The notes under the pieces: generated by a model
The model's input: the letters and a program-made list of their open reading frames with translations, nothing else
What the model was told of the DNA's origin: nothing
The model's database searches: none
Translations under genes and position numbers: made by a program
From: Terriglobia bacterium
Lineage (GTDB): Bacteria > Acidobacteriota > Terriglobia > 2-12-FULL-54-10
DNA length: 64,000 bases
Assembly (NCBI GenBank): GCA_963666975.2
Contig: CAXVYR010000002.1
Coordinates: forward strand, 288,001-352,000
Direction of reading: 5' to 3'
Part shown: positions 38,969-49,752 of the stretch, piece after piece
Layout of the letters: every line of letters begins with the position of its first letter
Numbering within the stretch: position 1 is the first letter of the stretch

Positions 38969-40822
38969 TCATTTTTCTCTTGAGGCCACTATTCTATCCA
39001 TCTCCCTCGTAGGACCCACCACCTCCGCGGCAAAGCTGACCAACTCCACCGCCAGTATGTCGTCGACAAGCCCAATGGAAGGTTGACCGATGCCCTCCAT
39101 GTAGCCGATGGGGCAGCAGTGCGCGCGGTCCATGATCTCGACCAGCCGGGCCTGCAAACCCCGCTTCATAAACTCGCTATAGAACCGATGGGCCTGCTCG
39201 GGAAGAAGATAGAGGTCATGGTCGGTATAAGTGATCAGAAACGGCGGGGCGTCCGCCCTCAAATAGCGGATGGGCGAGGCTTCCGCCAGCGCTTCCCGTT
39301 CCGTGCCAAAGCCTTGCTCCCTGCCGGTCGGCACCTGTCCTGGCTCGGGCCAAGCCGCGAGATCATAGATTCCGCTGGTTGGGATTACCCCCTTGACGGC
39401 GCCCGGCGGCACCCCTTCCTGTTCCAAGTACTTCGTATTTAACCCCAACAAGGCCACCAAGTGTCCGCCAGCTGAGCTGCCGGTGATGACCATCCGATCA
39501 CGGTCGATGCTGTAGCGGGAGGCGTTTTTGTAGATCCATGCAAAGGCGCGAGCTACATCCTGAATGTGGGCCGGGTGCTTCACCGCCGGGGAGAGCCTGT
39601 AATTGGTGGACACGATCCCCCATCCCAGCCGACCGAACAGGTTGACCAAGGTCTCCAGATTGCCTTTGTCCCCGACTCTCCAGCGGCCCCCGTGCACAAA
39701 GAAAAGGACGGGGAAGTTCGTCTTTCCTTCCGGCAGGTAAAGGTCCAAAGCATGGAGCTTCGGGTCAGCGCCCGGCCCGTCGTAATACTGCACATCCCGG
39801 ACGACCTTCATCGCTGGAGCAGACATCTTGGGCACTGCCCTCGGCCCGCCCTCGGGCCACACCGCGTGGAAGCTGCTTGCAAACGAGCCGTCCTGCACTG
39901 TATTCACAAAGCGCGCCAGCGCCGGCCCCAGTAAATCTTCCACCGGGACAATCGGCATGCCGTTGATGTCATTTATAGTCACTTGCTTCCCGATTTCGGA
40001 AATCACATCAAAATGGTTGCGTGCCGGGATTTTAACCAAGTGCGCCGGAAGGTTGTTGTGCAGAAACTGCGAATAGAACGTCTTGGCCTGCTCGGCAAGA
40101 CCAAACAGATCGTTGTCGGTGTAGGTGATCAGGAACGGAGGCGTAGCAGGGCCAGCGGCGCCCACTTTCAAGGATGGCGAAGCATCCCGGAGAATCTCCT
40201 GTTCGGTCCCAAACCCCTGCTCCATCCGGCTCGGCACGACACCGGGCTCATAAAAATCCGCCAGGTCGTACACGCCGCTGCTCGAAACCACCCCTTTGAT
40301 CGCTTCCGGAGACAATCCTTCCTGTTTGAGATACTTTGGTTCGAGCGCCAGCAAGGCAACCAAGTGGCCGCCTGCCGAATGCCCCGCGACAAAAATGTTA
40401 TCGGCGTCCACGCCGTATTGAGCGGCGTTGTTGCGTATCCATGCAAAGGCACGCGCTACGTCCTGGATGTGCGCCGGGTGCTTAACAGCCGGCGAGAGCC
40501 GATAGTTCACAGAGGCAACCGCCATCCCATGACGGAGGAACAGATCGATAAACGTCCCCAGCCCCTCCGGGGACTTGTCTCCAACTCTCCATCCGCCCCC
40601 GTGCACAAAAAACATCAGAGGGACGCTGGATTTTCCCTCCGGTAAATACAGATCCAGGGAGTGAAATTTCGGATTGGCCGCCGGACCCCTGAAATACGGG
40701 ACATCCCGCACAACCCGCATCGCGAACTGAGATGGGAGGTCTTGCGCTGCAGCCAGACCCCAGAAAGCGCCTGCAACTACAATGGCAAATGCTTGCAAGA
40801 GCCATTTTCTCGGTTGCCTCAT
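38969..40822 (-). CDS. Secreted tandem two-domain alpha/beta-hydrolase (carboxylesterase, BD-FAE-like)
   Basis: Start at ATG 40822 with a signal peptide. Two homologous domains, LDLYLP...FVHGGGW...GHSAGGH and LDLYLP...FVHGGRW...GSSAGGH, each with a downstream Asp and His. Confidence 0.85.
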   Translation of the reverse strand: MRQPRKWLLQAFAIVVAGAFWGLAAAQDLPSQFAMRVVRDVPYFRGPAANPKFHSLDLYLPEGKSSVPLMFFVHGGGWRVGDKSPEGLGTFIDLFLRHGMAVASVNYRLSPAVKHPAHIQDVARAFAWIRNNAAQYGVDADNIFVAGHSAGGHLVALLALEPKYLKQEGLSPEAIKGVVSSSGVYDLADFYEPGVVPSRMEQGFGTEQEILRDASPSLKVGAAGPATPPFLITYTDNDLFGLAEQAKTFYSQFLHNNLPAHLVKIPARNHFDVISEIGKQVTINDINGMPIVPVEDLLGPALARFVNTVQDGSFASSFHAVWPEGGPRAVPKMSAPAMKVVRDVQYYDGPGADPKLHALDLYLPEGKTNFPVLFFVHGGRWRVGDKGNLETLVNLFGRLGWGIVSTNYRLSPAVKHPAHIQDVARAFAWIYKNASRYSIDRDRMVITGSSAGGHLVALLGLNTKYLEQEGVPPGAVKGVIPTSGIYDLAAWPEPGQVPTGREQGFGTEREALAEASPIRYLRADAPPFLITYTDHDLYLLPEQAHRFYSEFMKRGLQARLVEIMDRAHCCPIGYMEGIGQPSIGLVDDILAVELVSFAAEVVGPTREMDRIVASREK

Positions 40823-40995
40823 GCCAAAATCCTCCTTCTTTCGTTTTGGGCAGGCCCCGAGGCGTGGCCTGCCCAAAACAAAGCGATACGCGCACCGTTC
40901 ACGCGGAAGCAAAAGACCGGCACGCGCGACACGCAGTATCTGCTGCGGCTACTGGTCGAGAAGCGGTTCCCTCTAATCCAGGAGCCCATCCAGAT

Positions 40996-42927
40996 TTAAT
41001 AGCCTGGGGCCTTGTACACTGTCTTCCCGCCCACAGAGGTTAACAGAGTCTTGATGGTGCCGATCTGGTCCGCGGGAATTGCAAAATAATCCTTGTCAAT
41101 CACGATAAAGTCAGCCAGCTTCCCCAACTCCAGCGAGCCGATATTTTCCTCGTTCATCGCCTGCTCGGCTCCCCAAATGGTAGCCGCTTTCATCAGCGTC
41201 ACCTTATCCAACATCTCGCTCCGGTTGTAGGTGATTCCGTCGTGAGGCATCACGCGGGTGGCGAAGAACTCCATAAAACCCCAGATGTTCCCGTCCCACT
41301 GCGACGGGTAGTCCATGTCCTTCGATTCGGGAAGCACCTTGTGCAAGTGCGCGTCGGTGTTGAACACCACCTTCACGCCGGCATCCGCCAGAGTCTTCAT
41401 CGGGGTCATCCAGGGCATATATTGCTCGCCGTAGGCCTTCAGGAAAGCTCCGCCCTTGATGTCGCCCTGAACCTGGTAGCCGTTGAAACCGGGCATGACC
41501 CCGTACAGGGCCATCTTCGCAGCCTGGTCGGGGCGAAGCATCGGATTGTGTTCCGTGCTGATCCGCGCGGCGCGTACTTGCTCCAGTGTCATTTTGCCCT
41601 CGGCGATCGACTGCTCAATCAGGTGCAATAGAGCATCCATCGATCCATCGCTGTAGACGTGCAGATATCCGATCCGAAGACCGGCTTCCAGCGCCGCCTT
41701 CACATTCCGATAGCCGCCGTACTGCTCGTAGCTAGCCTTTGGATCCGAACAGGACATGAAAAGTTCCACCGGGTTAGCGGGGTTCGGCTCGGCGGCGGTG
41801 CAAGTGCCTATACCGCCTTCACCCTGAGGTCCCCATTCCCAACCTTCATCGGCCACCCCGGCGTTCCAAATGTAGTCGTTCCCAATTCTTTGGAAGTTTC
41901 CCAAATTACGATACGTGAGACTGAGATCGTAATCGCTGCTCCAACCCTGTCCGCCGCCGCCCATGTACCAAGCCCACCGGACGGGCAGTTCACCCCGTTG
42001 GTAGAGCAAATTATAGGTCTCCATGATGGAGGGGGAGCCGTAGTAATGGTTCCCGAAGGTGGTGATTCCCTGGGCCGCTATACATTCGAGCAGCTCCCGC
42101 TTGAGGAAGTCCATCTTCTCCTCGGTTCGCCCCTGGAAAAGAATGTCGTAGGTGACCGAAGTGCGCGCGTACAACCCTACTCTTTCCATACCCAGAATCC
42201 TCAGCATCTCCTCCCTGGCTCTGGTGTTGTTGGCGCCGGGCCCGATGGCCTCTCCAACCATCACCATGAGGGGGTTGTTCGGGGCCAGCGTATCCAGGAA
42301 TTCCCGGGTCAGGGGCGCGCTCGCACCACCCTGCTCATAGCGAGGATCCAAATTCGGAAAGAGAGCGTAGACAATCTTTCTCGACTCGACCAAGCTGTTC
42401 CCCCCAAACAAGCTGACCCAAATCCACTTGCCGGGGCCCAACAGACTGGTCCGCTCCCGAACAATCCGCTCCAGCTCCCGTAGCACCGTAGCCTGGTCAT
42501 TGCCCTTGGCATAGAAGATCTGCAGTTGGGGATCGTTGTACCTCTTGGCCGCAAAATCCCCTTCCGAACCGAGCCAGTGCTCCACAGCCCAGAGGTGCGG
42601 ATGGGTGTGACCGTCAATCAGACCCGGCAACACTCTCCGTCCTTTTGCGTCCAACACCTCTGTGTTGGGACCGGCCAGAAACCGTATCTGGTCATTGGTT
42701 CCCATCTCCAGAATCCGGTTGTTCTTCACCGCCATAGCCTCGACCTCGGTCAGCCGCTCATCCATGGTGGAGATCTTGCCATTGACAACGATGATCTCCG
42801 GATAGGCCTGAAGTCTTTCCAGCTTGCTCCTCAAATCGCCTGCGCTTTGCCCTTGCGCCCTCCCCGGCACCAAAAGAAAAACCAGAGCCAGCAAAATCGC
42901 GTAGCTCGAAGAAGTAGTTCTTTTCAT
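40996..42927 (-). CDS. Secreted amidohydrolase-3 family protein A8 (distant relative of the array)
   Basis: Signal peptide; VNGKISTMD, LPGLIDGHTHP, LHVYSDG, STEH, NTDAH and GSLELGKLADF. Confidence 0.87.
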   Translation of the reverse strand: MKRTTSSSYAILLALVFLLVPGRAQGQSAGDLRSKLERLQAYPEIIVVNGKISTMDERLTEVEAMAVKNNRILEMGTNDQIRFLAGPNTEVLDAKGRRVLPGLIDGHTHPHLWAVEHWLGSEGDFAAKRYNDPQLQIFYAKGNDQATVLRELERIVRERTSLLGPGKWIWVSLFGGNSLVESRKIVYALFPNLDPRYEQGGASAPLTREFLDTLAPNNPLMVMVGEAIGPGANNTRAREEMLRILGMERVGLYARTSVTYDILFQGRTEEKMDFLKRELLECIAAQGITTFGNHYYGSPSIMETYNLLYQRGELPVRWAWYMGGGGQGWSSDYDLSLTYRNLGNFQRIGNDYIWNAGVADEGWEWGPQGEGGIGTCTAAEPNPANPVELFMSCSDPKASYEQYGGYRNVKAALEAGLRIGYLHVYSDGSMDALLHLIEQSIAEGKMTLEQVRAARISTEHNPMLRPDQAAKMALYGVMPGFNGYQVQGDIKGGAFLKAYGEQYMPWMTPMKTLADAGVKVVFNTDAHLHKVLPESKDMDYPSQWDGNIWGFMEFFATRVMPHDGITYNRSEMLDKVTLMKAATIWGAEQAMNEENIGSLELGKLADFIVIDKDYFAIPADQIGTIKTLLTSVGGKTVYKAPGY

Positions 42928-42982
42928 TAGTTTTTTCCTCCCCTCTCAGATCTTCATCGTGCGAAATAGTATATTGACTCGA

Positions 42983-43158
42983 CAGATTGTTGAAAGAATG
43001 GTCTCATGAATCGCTTGATAACGCGCGTGGCTTGGTGAATGCCGAAATATCAATCCTCCCATTCCGAGCCGCGACCGGAGTGGGATCCCCAGCGCGCCGC
43101 TTTCAGCGCGTTGGGGTGCTCGTAAGGGAGCGGTTTTCCGGGGTTCCTCAGCAAGCTG
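42983..43158. repeat. REP/REPIN-like composite element
   Basis: Imperfect terminal IRs CAGATTGTTGAAAGAA...TTCCTCAGCAAGCTG enclose CCGAGCCGCGACC...GTAAGGGAGCGG with an inner palindrome CCCCAGCGCG...CGCGTTGGGG. Confidence 0.5.
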
Positions 43159-43382
43159 CCAAGAAACACTTGCCCACTCTAGAGTCTTCCGTGCAGTTGC
43201 AAGCAGAATTCCCTACTCTCAATTTTCGTCTTGGTAGATAATGATACACTCAGTTTCTCAGCTGTCCTAAAGGTTTTTCTTGCCTTCATCCCCCTCCGAG
43301 TTTGCCAGGCAACTGGCAAGGGCTTCTGCAAGAAGGCAGCAACATGAATCCCAAGGGACAAACTCCTGACCAAGCGCCTGCT

Positions 43383-44112
43383 AAGGTTTCCCAGTCTGCT
43401 TAGTCTCGCAATGGTGGCAGGGTCTTGGTGATCCAATATTCACTGTGTAAATTAGGAAGAGGTGCAGGTGTTTTTTTGCATCAAGCAAGACCGCTTCCTA
43501 TTGAGGACCTCATAATATATAGTGAATCTTCTCTGTCCTGCTGGAGTCTTCTGTGGGATGGGAAATTCAGCCGGAGTGTAACGAGACTTCACCTGCGATT
43601 CCGAACGCCTGGCGCGCTTTCAGCGTTAGGCATGACGGGTTAGCCTCGCTGAGCCATTTGCTCTGCGCGAGATGACGGGTGGGTGAAATCCGGAAGATCA
43701 ATCAAACCTCGCCCGGCCCGATCAATCACCTCATGCTATGATCCACAATCTGGAAGATTCAGCGGTTTGCGCCTCCTTCTCGAGGCGCCTTACCCGCCGG
43801 TGGGTTAAGGTTTCCCAGTCTGCTTAGTCTCGCAATGGTGGCAGGGTCTTGGTGATCCAATATTCACGGCAGGTGTTTTTTTGCATCAAGCAAGACCGCT
43901 TCCTATTGAGGACCTCATAATATATAGTGAATCTTCTCGTCCTGCTGGAGTCTTCTGTGGGATGGGAAATTCAGCCATAACGAGACTTCACCTGCGATTC
44001 CGACGCCTGGCGCGCTTTCAGCGTTTGACGGGTTAGCCTCGCTGAGCCACCATTGCTATGATCCACAATCTGGAAGATTCAGCGGTTTGCGCCATCGACG
44101 CCTTACCCGCGG
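43383..44112. repeat. Imperfect tandem duplication (about 43383-43802 vs 43807-44112)
   Basis: The second copy repeats the first with many small deletions. Confidence 0.85.
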
Positions 44113-44160
44113 TGTTACCGGACGAGGCGGCGTGTGTAGCAAATCCGTCATGGGAGGAAC

Positions 44161-46065
44161 ATGAGGAGAGGCGCTTTTCAGGCCGCATTTGATCGCTCCA
44201 TCAGAGATCCGGAAGGTTTCTGGGGCGAAGCGGCAGAGGCCGTCCATTGGTACAAGAAGTGGGACAAGGTCCTGGACGACAGCAACAAGCCATTTTATCG
44301 CTGGTTCGCCGGCGGCGTGGTGAATACATGCTACAACGCGCTCGACCTGCACGTTGAAAATGGACGGGCGGACCAGCTCGCGCTGATCTGCGACAGTCCC
44401 GTCACCGGAAAAATCCAGACGTTTACTTACCGTGAGCTGCGCGACGAGGTGGCCACTTTTGCCGGCGTCCTCGCCGGACTGGGCGTGGGTAAAGGCGACC
44501 GTGTCATCCTCTACATGCCCATGGTCCCTCAGGCGGTCGTGGCGATGCTTGCCTGTGCGCGCCTGGGCGCGGTGCATTCCGTGGTGTTCGGCGGTTTTGC
44601 CGCCAACGAGCTGGCGGTGCGCATTGATGATGCCAAACCGAAGGTTGTTGTTTCCGCTTCCTGCGGCATCGAAGTCAGCCGGATCATTTCTTATAAGCCG
44701 CTGCTCGATGAAGCGATTCGGCTCGCCAAGCACAAGCCTGAAAAATGCATCATCTTGCAGCGCCCTATGCAGCCCGCCGAAATGATCGCGGGCCGCGACC
44801 TGGACTGGGAAGAAGGGATGGGGGCGGCAAAGCCGCACGACTGTGTGCCGGTCGAGGCGACTGCTCCTCTTTATATTCTCTATACTTCCGGAACGACCGG
44901 GCAGCCGAAGGGTGTGGTGCGCGACAACGGAGGCCACATCGTGGCCTTGAAGTGGACCATGAAAAACATTTATGGCGTCGATCCCGGCGACGTGTACTGG
45001 GCGGCTTCCGACATCGGCTGGGTGGTGGGCCATTCCTACATCGTCTACGGGCCGTTGTTCCACGGAAACACGGCGATCCTCTATGAAGGCAAGCCGGTCG
45101 GGACGCCGGACGCCGGAGCATTTTGGCGCGTCATCTCGCAGCACAACGTAAAAGCGCTGTTTGTGGCTCCCACGGCCTTGCGCGCCATCAAGAAGGAAGA
45201 TCCCAACGGCGAGCTTCTAAAGAACTATGACCTCTCCGGTTTCAAGACATTGTTTCTGGCGGGCGAACGCGCCGACCCCAACACCCTGCAATGGGCGGAA
45301 AGCCACCTCAAGGTGCCGGTCATCGACCACTGGTGGCAGACCGAAACCGGCTGGCCAATCTGTTCCAACTGCCTCGGCATCGAGCCGCTGCCGATCAAGC
45401 ATGGATCTCCCACCAAACCAGTGCCCGGCATGGACGTGCGCGTTGTGAACGCGCAAAACCAGGAGGTGAAACGCGGCAAGATCGGCGCCCTGGTCATCAA
45501 GCTGCCGTTGCCGCCGGGAACGTTTCCGACACTGTGGAATGCGGATGAACGCTTCGTGGAGTCCTATCTTTCTGAATTTCCCGGCTACTACAAGACCGCC
45601 GACGCAGGATACATAGACGAGGACGGATACGTGTATGTGATGTCACGAACCGACGATATCATCAACGTGGCAGGACACCGCTTATCCACGGGCGGAATGG
45701 AAGAAGTCCTGGCCGCGCATCCGGACGTGGCCGAGTGTGCCGTGATCGGCGTGAATGATGAGATCAAGGGCCAGGTTCCGCTCGGATTCCTGGTGCTGAA
45801 GGCCGGGGTACACCGGGATCAAAGCGAGATCCTCCAAGAGGCGGTGCAACTGGTGCGGACGAAAATCGGCCCCGTCGCCGCTTTCAAGACTGCAACCATC
45901 GTCGAGCGGCTTCCCAAGACCCGTTCCGGCAAAATCCTGCGCGGCACAATGCAGAAGATCGCCAATAGCGAGCAATACACTATGCCCGCTACTATTGAGG
46001 ACCCGGACACTCTGAGCGAGATTATGGAAGCATTGAAACAAGCAGGGTACGCTAAACCCACATAA
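44161..46065 (+). CDS. prpE: Propionyl-CoA synthetase
   Basis: YRWF.GG..NTCYNALD.H, YTSGTTGQPKGVVRDNGG, DHWWQTETGW, DDIINVAGHRLST and PKTRSGKILR. Confidence 0.88.
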   Translation: MRRGAFQAAFDRSIRDPEGFWGEAAEAVHWYKKWDKVLDDSNKPFYRWFAGGVVNTCYNALDLHVENGRADQLALICDSPVTGKIQTFTYRELRDEVATFAGVLAGLGVGKGDRVILYMPMVPQAVVAMLACARLGAVHSVVFGGFAANELAVRIDDAKPKVVVSASCGIEVSRIISYKPLLDEAIRLAKHKPEKCIILQRPMQPAEMIAGRDLDWEEGMGAAKPHDCVPVEATAPLYILYTSGTTGQPKGVVRDNGGHIVALKWTMKNIYGVDPGDVYWAASDIGWVVGHSYIVYGPLFHGNTAILYEGKPVGTPDAGAFWRVISQHNVKALFVAPTALRAIKKEDPNGELLKNYDLSGFKTLFLAGERADPNTLQWAESHLKVPVIDHWWQTETGWPICSNCLGIEPLPIKHGSPTKPVPGMDVRVVNAQNQEVKRGKIGALVIKLPLPPGTFPTLWNADERFVESYLSEFPGYYKTADAGYIDEDGYVYVMSRTDDIINVAGHRLSTGGMEEVLAAHPDVAECAVIGVNDEIKGQVPLGFLVLKAGVHRDQSEILQEAVQLVRTKIGPVAAFKTATIVERLPKTRSGKILRGTMQKIANSEQYTMPATIEDPDTLSEIMEALKQAGYAKPT

Positions 46066-46141
46066 CGCAGTTCACGAAACCAGGCCTCAAATCCCCCATG
46101 AAGTAAAACAACAACAGGAATGAACGGTGATAAACGATATT

Positions 46142-46571
46142 GACCTGCCCCCATAAAACGGTCCAGTTGATAAGTTAGAGTTTAAGGTTTGGACTGAACT
46201 TGGAAAGGGGGCGAGGATGCCGAAGAAACGATATACAGCCGAACAGATCATCCGACATCTACGAGAGGCGGAAGTGGAACTGACTAAGGGCCAGACAACC
46301 GGAGAGGTCTGTCGGAAGTTGGGAATCACGGAGCAGAGTTTCGAGACGAGTTTTTGAATGGAGAGATTTTCTACACCTTGCGGGAAGCAAAGGTGTTGAT
46401 TGAGGGATGGCGGCGGGAGTATAACAAGGTTCGCCCGCACAGCGCGTTGGGCTACCGGCCGCCAGCCACGGAAGCGATCCTGCCGTTACCGCCGGGTTCC
46501 GTTCCGCTCCGCCCGGCTGCAACGGCGTATGGACTAACATAGAAAGTGGACCAACAACCCGGGGCCGGTCA
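46142..46571 (+). mobile_element. Second internally deleted IS3-family element
   Basis: IRs TGACCTGCCCC...GGTCCA / TGGACC...GGGGCCGGTCA; orfA MPKKRYTAEQIIRHLREAEV...GITEQSF abuts orfB RDEFLNGEIFYTLREAKVLIEGWRREYN.VRPHSALGY. Confidence 0.87.
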
Positions 46572-46590
46572 CAGTGATGAGGCAGTTCGT

Positions 46591-48219
46591 TTATTGACTC
46601 GGAACCGCCCTTGGATTTAACGGGTAGGGAATCTTTCCCGTTCCCTTGTCATCGACCCGGTATTCGCTGCCTCTTTGCACTGGAACTATATCCTCGACAG
46701 ACAGAGGCACGGCTCCCAATTTGAGAAGCAGATCTGCCGTGCTCTTGTGGAGACGCAGCGAGCCTTGTTGATTTACAACCGGGGCAATGGCCTCAGCAAT
46801 AGTCCACGGCGTCTGCCCGTTGGCAGCCGTTGCGTTCACGCTAGCCCCCTTGTCCACCAAAAACTGCACGATAGAATCGGATCCCGTGAAGGCGGCTGCA
46901 TGTAACGCAGTCTGGCCTGTCCTTCTGACAATCGTAGCTCCGCCACCAGCACCGCCCATCTCCGCATTGATGCTGGCTCCCAGTTCCACCAACAGCTGGA
47001 CGGCTTCTAGTTGGCGGGGTTCCTCTCCCTCCAGGAAATCCTGCGCCCGGCCCATTCCTGCCGCTACCATCAGCGGCGTCACATTTGCCACTGTCCCCAG
47101 GCTTGGATCGGCTCCGCTCGCCAGCAGAACGCGCATGAGGCTGGCATCGCCGGATGTCGCTGCCAGAAAAAGCGGGGTCGCCCCAATCACACTCATTGAA
47201 TTTGTTTGTCGGAAGGGCGCCCGAGTATGTGAAGGATAGTTCTTTGCGATTCGGGCGTTCGGGTTCGCTCCACTCGCCAGGAGCGCCTTGACAAGCTCCG
47301 ACATGTTGGGCGGGGGCAAGCGGTAGGGTGTGTATTCGAAAAAACTAAGGTTCGCAAGTCCTTTCTGTATTGCATAATGTAAAGCAGTTCTTCCATAGGC
47401 GTCCGAAGCGTTTGGATCGGCGCCCTTCTCCAACAGAAATAAGGCTGCCTTTTCATGGCCGCTGGCGGCCACGACCACCAAGGGAGGGCCGTCTTCCGGC
47501 GCGGCCTGGTTCACATCCGCTCCCATTTCGAGCAGAACCCGGATCAATTCCATATCTCCGTTCCGGGCAGCAAACAGCAACGGCGTGAAACCACTTTTTG
47601 AACGGGCGTTGATGTCCGCGCCGTGCTCGACGAGGAGGGGGGCAACTTCCAGATGTCGTTCTGCGACAGCCCACATCAGCGCCGTCTGCCCCTGCCAGGT
47701 TTCCTTCGCGTTCACTTCCGCGCCGTGGGCCACCAGCAATTTCACCGCCCCCAAGCTTCCCGTGCGCGCGCAGGCCATCAAAACCGTCTCAGCCGTGCGT
47801 ACCAACGCCGCGTTCGCATTCGTCCCAGCCCTCAACAGCTTCTCGACGACGGCGGCATTCCTGTTCTGGCAGGCGAGAAAGAGAGGAGTGACGCCGTAGG
47901 CGTTCGCGGCGTTAACGTTTGCCCCAGCCCGAATCAGCAGTTCCACCACCTCAAAATCATCCCAGTGGACCGCCCAATGGAGCGCTGTCGAGCCATCGGC
48001 AAGGGGTACGTTTACGTCGGCTTTCTGGTTCAGCAAGGAAAAGACTGCGTCCTTCCTGCGTTCTTTGACCGCCTCTACCAGCCGAAGATCACCGCTGGCG
48101 AAGGCAAGAGCGGCAAGACTAAAACTCCACGCGAGGACTACCACCAACCCGCCACGCAGATTCCTGAGCATCATCGCTAACTCCGCACCCCTCCGACTGA
48201 TCTGTTGGGATTTCATCAT
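46591..48219 (-). CDS. Secreted ankyrin-repeat protein
   Basis: Multiple G.TALHWA/G.TPL..A...GADVN repeats; signal peptide (the true start may be about 45 nt downstream). Confidence 0.9.
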   Translation of the reverse strand: MMKSQQISRRGAELAMMLRNLRGGLVVVLAWSFSLAALAFASGDLRLVEAVKERRKDAVFSLLNQKADVNVPLADGSTALHWAVHWDDFEVVELLIRAGANVNAANAYGVTPLFLACQNRNAAVVEKLLRAGTNANAALVRTAETVLMACARTGSLGAVKLLVAHGAEVNAKETWQGQTALMWAVAERHLEVAPLLVEHGADINARSKSGFTPLLFAARNGDMELIRVLLEMGADVNQAAPEDGPPLVVVAASGHEKAALFLLEKGADPNASDAYGRTALHYAIQKGLANLSFFEYTPYRLPPPNMSELVKALLASGANPNARIAKNYPSHTRAPFRQTNSMSVIGATPLFLAATSGDASLMRVLLASGADPSLGTVANVTPLMVAAGMGRAQDFLEGEEPRQLEAVQLLVELGASINAEMGGAGGGATIVRRTGQTALHAAAFTGSDSIVQFLVDKGASVNATAANGQTPWTIAEAIAPVVNQQGSLRLHKSTADLLLKLGAVPLSVEDIVPVQRGSEYRVDDKGTGKIPYPLNPRAVPSQ

Positions 48220-48408
48220 TTAGCCTGCTTCTAGCCTGCTTCCGCTTCTATCGCCCTCCGCATGCTAAATATTGAAGCTGATTCCCGGCGCGACGCGTGA
48301 TTTCCACGCACGTCTCTCAACTGGAGTTGGTTTGCCACGGCAAACCTGATACCCGCCGTATGCCAACAAAACCAGAATCCGCGACCCTTCGACCCTTCTA
48401 TCCAACTA

Positions 48409-49752
48409 TCAAACCGAGATCAGATCGAGCTTCCCCTTGCTGTCGCCGAAGTTTTCCAAAGCAATACCGAGCTTATCCAGCATCGTCAAAAAGAGATTGG
48501 ACATCGGCGTGTTCTTTGGATACCGCAGGTGACGTCCTCCTTTGATCCGGCCCGACGCGCCACCTACCAACAGGGTCGGCAGGTCCTGGTGCAAATGAGC
48601 ATTCCCGTCGCTGATTCCGCTACCGTAGAGAATCATGGAATGGTCCAGAAGGGATCCATCCCCATCGGGCGTTGCGCGCAGCTTTTCCAAGAACTCAGCG
48701 AACAACTTGGCGTGAAAGATGTCGATCTGGATCACCTTCTCGATCTTCGCAGGATCACCCGCGTGGTGCGACATCGGATGATGTGCATCAGGAATTCCGA
48801 TCTCGCGGAAGGTTCGGTCGCTTTGTTCGCGGCCCATCATAAAGGTGATGACGCGGGTCAGGTCGCTTTGGTACGCCAAGACCATCAAATCAAACATTAA
48901 CCTTGCGTGGTCATCAAATCGGGCCGGAATGCCCGCCGGCCGGTCCACCACCGGCAACTCCCGCGCCGACTGTTCCTCCGCCATCTGGATACGCCGCTCG
49001 ACATCGCGAACGGCATCCAAATACTCGCTGAGCTTGGCGCCGTCCCTGGCGCCTAGTTCCCCTATGAGATGCGCTGCAGCCTCTCTCACAGAGTCCAAAA
49101 TGGTGGCATCCTTCTTGATTCGAGCGAGTCGCTCTGCCGTGTCCGTACTGTTGGTGTCCCCGAACAGGCGTTCGAACAACGCACGGGGCTGGTTTTCAAC
49201 GGGCAGTGGGGTCGTGGGCGTCCGCCAAGAGAGCGTGTGGCGGAAGGCGCAATTCCAGTTGCGTTCGCATTGGCCTATGACATTGTTGATGTCTAACCCG
49301 AGTTCCAGCGACGCGAGCTGAGTTTGCCTGCCCATCTCCTTCGCAGCAATCTGGTCCACCGAGATTCCCGCAATGCCTTCCCTCTTCACATGAACGCCCG
49401 TCAGATAGGAAGCACTGGCGCGGTCATGTGGCGCGACTTCGCCTTCACCGGGGAAAGGATCCGCCATATCGTGGTCCAGCCCGGTCAGCACAAGAAATTG
49501 ATCCCGAAACGAAGCCAGCGGTTCCAGAATCTCGGTTAAATCAAAATTCGCGCCGTCCGTCGCCGGGGTCCATTTAGACATGATCTGCCCGTTCGGAACA
49601 TAAACGAACGCCAGGCGAGTCGCCGGGTTTGCCGCTTTGTCAATCCCGGCGCCTAAAGCCGGAACCATTGAATCCAGCAGCGGCAAGGCCAACGTTGCGC
49701 CGACACCGCGCAAGAACGTCCGGCGCGGGATGGATTTCCTGAAGATCATCAT
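48409..49752 (-). CDS. DUF1552 (HSP70-associated) family protein with a Tat-like signal
   Basis: RRTFLRG.G..LALPLLDSM, FVYVPNG, SVDQIAA, SLELG, P..LFERLFG, D.TRV.TFM, HH.MSHH and DG.SLLD. Confidence 0.88.
   Translation of the reverse strand: MMIFRKSIPRRTFLRGVGATLALPLLDSMVPALGAGIDKAANPATRLAFVYVPNGQIMSKWTPATDGANFDLTEILEPLASFRDQFLVLTGLDHDMADPFPGEGEVAPHDRASASYLTGVHVKREGIAGISVDQIAAKEMGRQTQLASLELGLDINNVIGQCERNWNCAFRHTLSWRTPTTPLPVENQPRALFERLFGDTNSTDTAERLARIKKDATILDSVREAAAHLIGELGARDGAKLSEYLDAVRDVERRIQMAEEQSARELPVVDRPAGIPARFDDHARLMFDLMVLAYQSDLTRVITFMMGREQSDRTFREIGIPDAHHPMSHHAGDPAKIEKVIQIDIFHAKLFAEFLEKLRATPDGDGSLLDHSMILYGSGISDGNAHLHQDLPTLLVGGASGRIKGGRHLRYPKNTPMSNLFLTMLDKLGIALENFGDSKGKLDLISV

Noticed and set aside
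43383-44112. Imperfect ~400/300-bp repeat, considered as a DGR template/variable pair or ncRNA array
   Set aside because: Differences are indels rather than A-specific substitutions and no reverse transcriptase is present; likely an artefact.
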